From Macrostomum lignano (taxonomy: Eukaryota), in contig NIVC01000274.1 of NCBI GenBank assembly GCA_002269645.1, forward strand, positions 62,001-126,000: DNA of 64,000 nucleotides. The letters are read 5' to 3'. The translations under genes were made by a program, and so were the position numbers. Under the pieces are notes generated by a model. The model worked only from the letters and a program-made list of their open reading frames with translations, made no database searches and was not told where the DNA came from. Every line of letters begins with the position of its first letter. Within the stretch, counting starts at the first letter, position 1. Positions 55,051-64,000 of this stretch are shown piece by piece.

Positions 55051-55131
55051 GATTTGTTAGGAGAGTCAGTAATTAAACAGAGCTGGATAAACGTGCAAAA
55101 AGGTATTAAATTGCGAGCTTCACTCCTGCAG

Positions 55132-55403
55132 ATCCCCCAACCACTTCCACAGAGGACATGTCGGACAGCACAACGAACTCGGCCGCTCCGGCCAGCTCAG
55201 GGTCGGCCCTCGTGCAGCCGACGGCCCTAATTGGCATCGTTGCCGGTGGCACCGCGGGTGTCCTACTTATAGTAGCTCTGATAGCGTTTTGCATCTATCG
55301 GAAGCGCAAAGCGGACGAGGGCTCCTACTCGCTGGACCCGGGGAAGAAAGCCCCGGCCAGTAGCGAGTATCAGAAAGCGCCCACTAGGGAATTCTACGCT
55401 TAA
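55132..55403 (+). CDS. SDC: syndecan terminal exon: Thr/Ser stalk, TM helix with GxxxG, cytoplasmic C1-V-C2 ending EFYA
   Basis: Acceptor ctgcag|at (phase 1). ALIGIVAGGTAGVLLIVALIAFCIY-RKRKADEGSYSLD...YQKAPTREFYA* is the diagnostic syndecan tail. Confidence 0.95.
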
Positions 55404-55499
55404 AACTGCGTGCTTGAAGGGATTCGGGAATTTTACCGATATCTGGAAACTCACTTACATGTAGTTAAATATTTGCTACATGATCCTGCTTTTGAAATT

Positions 55500-56345
55500 A
55501 TGAGAATGATGATCAGAATGATGGGAATAAGAATCAGGATGAGAATGGGAATGAGGATCAGGATGAGGATGAGAGTGAGGATCAGGATGATGATGGGAAT
55601 GAGGATCAGGATGAGAATGGGAATAAGGATCAGGATGAGGATGGGGATGAGGATCAGGATGAGGATGGGAATGAGGATCAGGATGAGGATGGGAATGAGG
55701 ATCAGGATGAGGATGGGAATGAGGATCAGGATGAGGATGAGAGTGAGGATCAGGATGAGGATGAGAGTGAGGATCAGGATGATGATGGGAATGAGGATCA
55801 GGATGAGAATGGGAATAAGGATCAGGATGAGGATGGGGATGAGGATCAGGATGAGGATGGGAATGAGGATCAGGATGAGGATGGGGATGAGGATCAGGAT
55901 GAGGATGGGAATGAGGATCAGGATGAGGATGGGGATGAGGATCAGGATGAGGATGGGAATGAGGATGAGGATGAGGATGAGAGTGAGGATCAGGATGATG
56001 ATGGGAATGATGGGAATAAGGATCAGGATGAAGATGGGAATGATGATCAGGATGAGGATGGGGATGAGGATCAGGATGAGGATGGGAATGAGGATCAGGA
56101 TGAGGATGGGAATGAGGATCAGGATGAGGATGGGAATGAGGATCAGGATGAGGATGGGGATGAGGATCAGGATGAGGATGGGAATGAGGATGAGGATGAG
56201 GATGAGAGTGAGGATCAGGATGATGATGGGAATGATGGGAATAAGGATCAGGATGAAGATGGGAATGATGATCAGGATGATGATGGGAATAAGGATCAGG
56301 ATGAAGATGGGAATGATGATCAGGATGATGCTGGGAATAAGGATT
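55500..56345. repeat. (GGATGA)-based compound repeat
   Basis: Downstream of the syndecan stop; the MRIRMRMG ORF is an artefact. Confidence 0.92.
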
Positions 56346-56944
56346 ATGGTTCAGATATAGAATTTTAGGATTGGGAGAAAGATGTGAGGATGAGGGTTAG
56401 AATACAGATGGAAATGCTTCTATGGTTTGAAATAGTTTTTAATGAAGATACTATGCATATTGATTGTGTTTTACTGTCATGAGATGAGCCCTTTATGTGC
56501 AAGCTGAGTGATGCAGTGTATCAATACCGCTATGCCATGTTATGCATGGCTATTGAAGTACGTGTTTGCACTTTTTAATTTCAAAATCAAAGAAATATCA
56601 TAGTCTGCGCTTCGTTGCGCAAAAATGGGCCAATTAGTGAACATTTTCTAATTGCTGGTCATATCCACTTTGATGCTGGCTGCTCGCTTGATAACTAATT
56701 GCTCCGTTTAATTGCTCTGTTAATTACCGCATGCTGCTCTGCTGATCAAAGTATTGCTGTTTTGTAAATGTTATTATTACTAGTAAACAGCAGCACAGCT
56801 CCATATGTGAGCTGTCGCACCGGGCTTACCAAGTGCGGCGCCATGCTTAAAGCAAAAAGCCTGCATGGATTTTTCTGTCATTGTCTTATTTACGCTCGTA
56901 CATGTGCAACGAAGGGCGATTCAAAACTTGCTTAGGTCAGAGCG

Positions 56945-57815
56945 TGGGATGGGATGGGATGGGATGGAATAGGATGGGATGGGATGGGATGGGATGGGAT
57001 GGTATGGGATGGGATGGGATGGGATGAGATGGGATGGGATGGGATGGGATGGGATGGGATGGAATGGAATGGAATGGAATAGGATGGGATGGGATGGGAT
57101 GAGATAGGATGGGATGGGATGAGATTGGATGGGATGGGATGGGATGGGATGGGATGGGATGGGATGGGATGGGATGGGATGGGATGGGATGGGATGGGAT
57201 GGGATGGGATGGGATAGGATGGGATGGGATGGGATGGGATGGAATAGGATGGGATGGGATGAGATAGGATGGGATGGGATGGGATGGGATGGGATGGGAT
57301 GAGATAGGATGGGATGGGATGGGATGAGATAGGATGGGATGGGATGGGATGGGATGGGATGGGATGGGATGGGATGGGATGGGATGGGATGGGATGGGAT
57401 GGGATTGGATGGGATGGGATGGGATGGGATGGGATGGGATGGGAGGGAATGGAATGGAATAGGATGGGATGGGATAGGATGGGATGGGATGGGATGGGAG
57501 GGAATGGAATGGAATAGGATGGGATGGGATGGGATGGGATGGGATGAGATGGGATGGGATGGAATGGGATGGGATGGGATGGGATGGGATGGGATGGGAT
57601 GGGATGGGATGGGATGGGATGGGATGGGATGGGATGGGATGGGATGGGATGGGATGGGATGGGATGGGATGGGATGGGATGGGATGGGATGGGATGGGAT
57701 GGGATGGGATGGGATGGGATGGGATGGGATGGGATGGGATGGGATGGGATGGGATGGGAGGGAATGAGATGGGATGGGATGGGATGAGAAAGAATGAGAT
57801 GGAATGGGATGGGAT
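56945..57815. repeat. (GGGAT)n pentamer repeat
   Basis: About 170 copies. Confidence 0.95.
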
Positions 57816-58130
57816 GGAAGAATTCACAGATAATACTTGAGTTTGTCGGTATTTAGTAATTATAGATTAAAAAGTACATTGGAATTCAGCGTTTTAGTTA
57901 GTTGCATTTGTTCGAAGCAGTGTTATGTCCACGTGTGCATAGTCTTAATACAAATTAGCCTAGCAGTGGCAACAAGTTATGAAACTGCAAAAATAAAAGG
58001 CAAAATGTTTTTAATAAATCAGAAATATACATGGAATTGTATATTAAGTGAAGATTTGGCACCATTGCTAATTCCTAGAAGTATATTTCTGCATTTTGGT
58101 ATTACACAGTATATTTCAATATTTCTTAGG

Positions 58131-58720
58131 CTAGTTAAATTCATCGTCACTCCGGCCCCAAAAGTACAAAGAGTCAACCGCTGCCTCCCAGCTTGGCTGG
58201 CAGACCAACTGAACGCAGAGGATGCCAAACTCTGTGACGCTCAGTTCCGTCCGCAGGCCGCCGCCGCCAACGACACCGCGGCAGAGGTTCGCCGCTCCAG
58301 GACAGACGGGCAGCCAGGGCGGCGCGCGGACTGCCAGGCAGGCCAGCCGAGGGGGGCACCACCCGGGCCAGCGGGCCGACACCAGCGGCAAAGCCAGCTC
58401 GCCTGGCTGACATCTAGTCGGAGGCTCCGATGGGCAGGGCGGAGCTACGGGCGGCGTCGGAGTCGACGGCGGCGGCGGAGTCGGTGTCAGCGGAGCCAGC
58501 AGCGGCTCACAGACGACAGTCTGGCGCTGCGCCGCCGTGCAGTCGTCGATGTAGTCGACGCCGCCGATGTAGTCGACGCCGCCGATGTAGTCGACGGCAG
58601 CAGCGCCATGTTCAACGATAACGCTTACCGTGCCAGTCGGGCAAGTTGGAACTGTTGGCGGGCAGATCGCTGCCTCGGGGGTGCTGTTGCTGCTGATGCT
58701 TGTGGCATTCGCTGCCGTTG
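58131..58720 (-). CDS. secreted cysteine-repeat protein exon 2 (TAANATSISSNSTPEAAICPPTVPTCPTG...VDYIGGx3...CPSEPPTRCQPG...CVQLVCQPSWEAAVDSLYFWGRSDDEFN*)
   Basis: Acceptor attccag|ca (phase 1, matches exon 1). Open to TAG at 58131 with the same CP-x4-7-C...C-x3-5-C units as exon 1. Total 1260 nt = 419 aa. Confidence 0.72.
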
Positions 58721-58774
58721 CTGGAATATTGGGATGTGACCGATATGATGAAATGGAATGGAATGAAGAAGATA

Positions 58775-60212
58775 AGATGGATGGGATTGGATGAGATGGG
58801 ATAGGATAGGATAGAATCGGATAGGATGGGATAGAATCGGATAGGATGGATAGAATCGGATAGGATAGGATAGAATCGGATAGGATAGGATAGAATCGGA
58901 TAGGATGGGAAAAAATCGGATAGGATAGGATAGAATCGGATAGGATAGGATAGAATCGGATAGGATGGGAAAAAATCGGATAGGATAGGATAGAATCGGA
59001 TAGGATGGGATAGAATCGGATAGGATGGGATAGAATCGGATAGGATGGGATAGAATCGGATAGGATGGGAAAGAATCGGATAGGATGGGATAGAATCGGA
59101 TAGGATGGGATAGAATCGGATAGGATGGGAAAGAATCGGATAGGATGGGATAGAATCGGATAGGATGGGATAGAATCGGATAGGATAGGATAGAATCGGA
59201 TAGGATAGGATAGAATCGGATAGGATGGGATAGAATCGGATAGGATAGGATAGAATCGGATAGGATAGGATAGAATCGGATAGGATAGGATAGAATCGGA
59301 TAGGATGGGATAGAATCGGATAGGATGGGATAGAATCGGATAGGATGGGATAGAATCGGATAGGATGGGATAGAATCGGATAGGATGGGATAGAATCGGA
59401 TAGGATGGGATAGAATCGGATAGGATGGGATAGAATCGGATAGGATGGGATAGAATCGGATAGGATGGGATAGAATCGGATAGGATGGGATAGAATCGGA
59501 TAGGATGGGATAGAATCGGATAGGATGGGATAGAATCGGATAGGATGGGATAGAATCGGATAGGATGGGATAGAATCGGATAGGATGGGATAGAATCGGA
59601 TAGGATGGGATAGAATCGGATAGGATGGGATAGAATCGGATAGGATGGGATAGAATCGGATAGGATGGGATAGAATCGGATAGGATGGGATAGAATCGGA
59701 TAGGATGGGATAGAATCGGATAGGATGGGATAGAATCGGATAGGATGGGATAGAATCGGATAGGATGGGATAGAATCGGATAGGATGGGATAGAATCGGA
59801 TAGGATGGGATAGAATCGGATAGGATGGGATAGAATCGGATAGGATGGGATAGAATCGGATAGGATGGGATAGAATCGGATAGGATGGGATAGAATCGGA
59901 TAGGATGGGATAGAATCGGATAGGATGGGATAGAATCGGATAGGATGGGATAGAATCGGATAGGATGGGATAGAATCGGATAGGATGGGATAGAATCGGA
60001 TAGGATGGGATAGAATCGGATAGGATGGGATAGAATCGGATAGGATGGGATAGAATCGGATAGGATGGGATAGAATCGGATAGGATGGGATAGAATCGGA
60101 TAGGATGGGATAGAATCGGATAGGATGGGATAGAATCGGATAGGATGGGATAGAATCGGATAGGATAGGATAGAATCGGATAGGATGGGATAGAATCGGA
60201 TAGGATGGGATA
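58775..60212. repeat. 20-bp minisatellite GGATAGAATCGGATAGGATG (intron of the Cys-repeat gene)
   Basis: About 70 copies; the 538-aa minus-strand ORF is an artefact. Confidence 0.96.
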
Positions 60213-60368
60213 AGATCGAGGAATACAATAAGAATAGCCTGTTTAATTTGCCACTAAGCTCTCATGGTGGCCGCATGAAAAATCGACGCAAGCCTATTCT
60301 CAGCCGCGCAACTAGATACTAACCGGAGCTAAATCTGCTTAACTTTCACAATGCAGAGGAATCCTCAC

Positions 60369-61038
60369 CCATCGGGCAGCTGTACACCGGGCAGTCGGCC
60401 CCGGAGTCCCGGATCAGCCGCTCCGGCGCCACGTCGGGCCCGCAAACGGGCGGCGGCGGGCAGCGGCTTGTTCGTCGAAGGCGGCTCCGCAGGCGGCACT
60501 CGACCAGCAGGCGGCAGCCGGTGGGCTTCTCAACAGCGAACACCGGCTCGGTGCGGCCGTCCGCCATGCAGGCAGTCGCCGCTTCGTCCGGATCCGGACA
60601 GGCGCAGCGCCGGCTCTGACACCAGCCGGGTCTCCGGCGTTCAAGCACGGTTTTGACTACCTGAGAGCCCGGACAGGTGGCCGACGAGAGGCTGGCCGGT
60701 TCCGGACAACCAGTAATCTGATCCGTAGTCTCCGATTGGCGCTCCTCGGAGGAATCATCGGACAGTCTGGCAGCAGCGGCTGCTTCGCAGCGGTACAGCG
60801 GACAACCGGTCGGCGGCAGCAGCGTCAGGCCGAAACCCTCGGCGCAGTCGGGCGGCCGGACATTCGCCGGACAGTCACCGCCAAGTGCGGCAAAAGCGAT
60901 GGCCGGAGACTGTTTTTGAGTAGCTGCAGGTGTCGCCTGCTCACTGATTGACGCTGACGGCGTTGTCAAGGCCGGAGCCGCTGGCAGTAGCTGTGGCCAT
61001 GTCGAAAACAGCAGCAGGAGAAGACTCAGGCTATGCAT
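60369..61038 (-). CDS. secreted cysteine-repeat protein exon 1: signal peptide plus four 4-Cys units
   Basis: MHSLSLLLLLFSTWPQLLPA signal peptide. Units such as CPANVRPPDCAEGFGLTLLPPTGCPLYRC and CPPPPVCGPDVAPERLIRDSGADCPVYSC. Donor g|gtgagg, phase 1. Confidence 0.8.
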
Positions 61039-61854
61039 GTCCTGCCTTTGATTTCGTGGCGCTTAATTCAGCGATTTCTGTACATTTCCAGCTAATTGAT
61101 TTATTAATTAGATTAGTCAAGTTGACCAGAGTTTGGGTTGTAAAACTTTCTCAGTTTTGGCTAATTATATCAGAGTAAAGGTTAAAAAGTTTCGAGGCTA
61201 TAAATATGAAGGGGGTGAGGCGAGAGGGTCGTTTGTGCGACCACTGCAACATAGCTTTTACATGTACAAATGTACAGATTTTTTCGTCACTTTGTGTACA
61301 TAGCTTTGTACATGTAGCTTAGCCTATTTAATATTTTTCTTCACATGTGCACTGTGTAGTCTGAGTTAGATTGAATAGTCAATTAAAAGTCGGAGCGTAC
61401 AAACCTGTCGTAAAAAAGTAGAGAGAAGTGCTCTCACTCGTCGTGCCAGGCCGTAGCCAGGATCCTCCATTGGAAGGGGTATCTTTCAGACGTTTTCCAT
61501 CATTTTTGCCTCCACAGTGGCAGAACTCGTACACTCTAGTACACTAGTACTAGAACTAGTACACTCAAGAGAACTGCTGCCCCTAGTCTATGGCCAAAAA
61601 GTTTGTTGCTGATTTGTACGGCTCGCAGGTTAGAGAACGATGGTAAGCCTTGAGCAGACATGAGCGGACTAAGTTAATGCTTCAAAAATGAAGTCTTTGC
61701 TCACCAGTGAAACTTTTGTCTTGAGTGTAGCGTTGCCTCTGGATTAAGTCAACTGCTCCTAAGCTTACACTAATTGCAAAGAAGCTATACTTCTTAGAGC
61801 AAGAATATATAATTCATTATAATGTCTATTGCTTTTGTAAGTCAAATTGAAAAT

Positions 61855-62145
61855 CAAGCCGATCCAGTGGAGAATCGCCATTCGCTGCCGCACTCGGTCA
61901 TAGACAATAAAGCCAATTAAGTTGATAATCAAGCCGATCAAGTGGAGAGTCGCCATTCGCTGCAGCACTCGGCCATAGACAATAAGCTAGTCAAGTTGAT
62001 AATCAAGCCGATCAAGTAGAGAGTCGCCATTCGCTGCCGCACTCGGCCATAGACAATAAAGCTAGTCAAGTTGATAATCAAGCCGATCAAGTAGAGAGTC
62101 GCCATTCGCTGCAGCACTCGGCCATAGACAATAAAATCAATCAAG
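61855..62145. repeat. 74-75-bp tandem repeat, ~4 copies
   Basis: CAAGCCGATCAAGTGGAGAGTCGCCATTCGCTGCAGCACTCGG... recurs at 61855, 61930, 62004 and 62079. Confidence 0.88.
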
Positions 62146-62875
62146 TGAGATAGCTTGAGACTCCAAGCTGCACTCTCCCACAGACTCAAAGCCAAGCTAG
62201 CTGTTGAAGGCTCTTCAATATCCTCGATCCTCGATATGTACTAATCACCTCTTCAACTAATTATGTTCATGTTTGTTGAAGGTTGCATAAAAAAGCATCA
62301 AAACACATTAAAATTCTAAGCAGGTGGTAAAACTCGGCGAAAGAATTTAAAAAAAGTTTAAAGACACAAACAGACACAGTTTCGATTGCAATTATTTTAT
62401 AATTTATTTATATGAACCTAGAGTGCAATTTATATTAGAAGCGGTGAGGAGAACGTTAGAAAAGCGTCAGTAATAAAGTTAGCAGTTAATATTTCCTACT
62501 TATTAATAATAAGTATGCTGCTTCTTTGCGCGAGTGCACAAGGGTCGCTGGGGACGGGGTGTCCCCCAGGCGCAGAGGGCTTTTTCTAAATCTAAATTTC
62601 TTCCATTAACAAGCGACTGACTCACGGATTCGCCTCAGCGCCCGGGGAGTTCCGCAGAGAAAAAAAAGAGAAAGATCGGTCAAGGTCAGGCGGCTAGGAG
62701 GGGAAGGGGGCTGGCGAAAGAAGTAGCGGCGGCTGCGTCAGGTCGGCGGCCGCTGCGCAGGGCGAAACGGCGGCAGAGTAATAGAAGAGAAAAATGTATG
62801 CGCATGAAAACAGAGTAAGACAGACAGACGCAGACAGAGTCTTCAGGACAGTTTACTGGCCCAGTTAGCCGAAGT

Positions 62876-63346
62876 TTACACCTTCGGCCCGGCCTGCACC
62901 TTCTTGATGAAGTCCTCGTACTTGACGTTGCCGTCGAGGTCTTCGTGCGTGTCGGTGAACTTCATAATCACGTCGACGTCGCTGTCGTCAAGCCGTTCGC
63001 CGTAGCTGGTGAGCACGTGGCGCAGCTCGGCGGCCGAGATGTAGCCCTGGCCTTCGCGGTCGAACGTCTTGAAGGCCTCCATGAAATCGGCGAAGGTGCC
63101 CTCCTCCTTGGCCTTCATGACCTCCTGGTAGATCGGCAGGAACTCCTCGAACTTGTAGCCCTTCTCGCCCATCTTCTCCGTGCCGCCGTGCTTCAGGCAG
63201 GTGGCGATGGTCGGGTTCATGCCGACGCAGCGCAGCAGGTCGGCCACCTTGGCGGCGTCGACCTCGCCGTCGCGGCCGTCCCAGAAGTCGAATAGGTCGA
63301 AAACTTCGCGAATATCCTCGATTTCGCCTTTGCTTAGTCCGGCCAT
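62876..63346 (-). CDS. Mlc1: myosin essential (alkali) light chain, 156 aa, uninterrupted CDS
   Basis: [27 protein letters not shown]...[24 protein letters not shown]...[20 protein letters not shown] closely matches the remembered molluscan/flatworm ELC. The real ATG is at 63346; the track's longer ORF uses an upstream non-homologous start. Confidence 0.95.
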   Translation of the reverse strand: MAGLSKGEIEDIREVFDLFDFWDGRDGEVDAAKVADLLRCVGMNPTIATCLKHGGTEKMGEKGYKFEEFLPIYQEVMKAKEEGTFADFMEAFKTFDREGQGYISAAELRHVLTSYGERLDDSDVDVIMKFTDTHEDLDGNVKYEDFIKKVQAGPKV

Positions 63347-64000
63347 GTCTAAACTATTCTGGGGAAAAAACGGTTGCTGAGGGCTGGGGCGAAGGACAAG
63401 AGAGCAGCGGTCTGTCTGCCTGGTGGGTCGGTCGAAATAGCGCGAGCGGTCGTGCGGCCTTTTCCCTGGGCAGCCGGGCACGGGGCTTTTTTATCCTTTT
63501 CCCCTTTCGGCCACCGCTGCTGCTGCTGCCCCAAGCCGAGCCATCCTGGCCGCCAATCGATCGAATCTCCCCCTGCTGCACATCCTGCGTTCGCTGCGTG
63601 CGCTGGAATGCAGGCAGGTACGAAGAAACCTAACTAAGGGGGTTGGCAAATCTTCAAATTAAAATGGCGCGGCCTTCAGACTCCGTCGGGCGGGGCTCGT
63701 GAAGGACGGGGCGGTTGCCAGGGGGTTGCCTGGCTGTGCAGCTGGACTGCAGGATCAGGGCGGGCCTTGGTAGACAGCTGAATGAAACAGAGAGAAGGAA
63801 TCCTATATAGACCGAAATGCCACTGCATTCGATAGTTACTGGGAAGGGAATAGAAACCCAGGTGTACTTGCGCTTCCTCTGTCTGTGCAGTCCGAACACA
63901 CAGACATGAGGTGTACAAGCCGCATGAAGTCTTCTTCTATCCAGGAAACTTTTCTAAGATTTACTTATTTAGCTAATTTAATTAATTCATTTCGATGAGA

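Noticed and set aside
61445-61600. Possible MITE beginning CAGGCCGTAGCCAGGA
   Set aside because: Only a poor inverted partner and no TSD could be identified.

Overview
This is eukaryotic (animal, lophotrochozoan-type) genomic DNA. By my estimate about 43% of it is made of ~42 unrelated micro/minisatellite arrays, with GC-rich exons scattered between them. The style suggests a free-living flatworm such as Macrostomum, but that is inference only. Most long ORFs in the supplied track are repeat artefacts. I built spliced gene models by hand, matching GT-AG sites and intron phases: (1) RGK-family small GTPase, + strand, 4 exons, 4829-17297, with a decayed THAP/P-element transposon in intron 3; (2) FAM217-like gene, - strand, 4 exons, 28991-20770, with a 4.1-kb (GATA)n tract in its last intron; (3) an orphan Q-rich protein with PP1-docking SILK and RVxF motifs, - strand, 34128-33367; (4) Flattop/CFAP126, - strand, 3 exons, 39058-38563; (5) a syndecan-tailed proteoglycan, + strand, 5-7 exons, 39443-55403, head-to-head with Flattop across an RFX X-box, whose ectodomain unexpectedly contains a thyroglobulin type-1 domain and a SEA domain (an EpCAM/Trop2-like module); (6) a secreted protein with seven 4-Cys repeats, - strand, 2 exons, 61038-58131; (7) an intronless myosin essential light chain, - strand, 63346-62876. 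A 374-bp MITE with an 8-bp TSD lies in a syndecan intron. The most notable observation is the GAG-site/TY/SEA/TM/syndecan-tail chimeric receptor. Family assignments come from remembered motifs, not from database searches.
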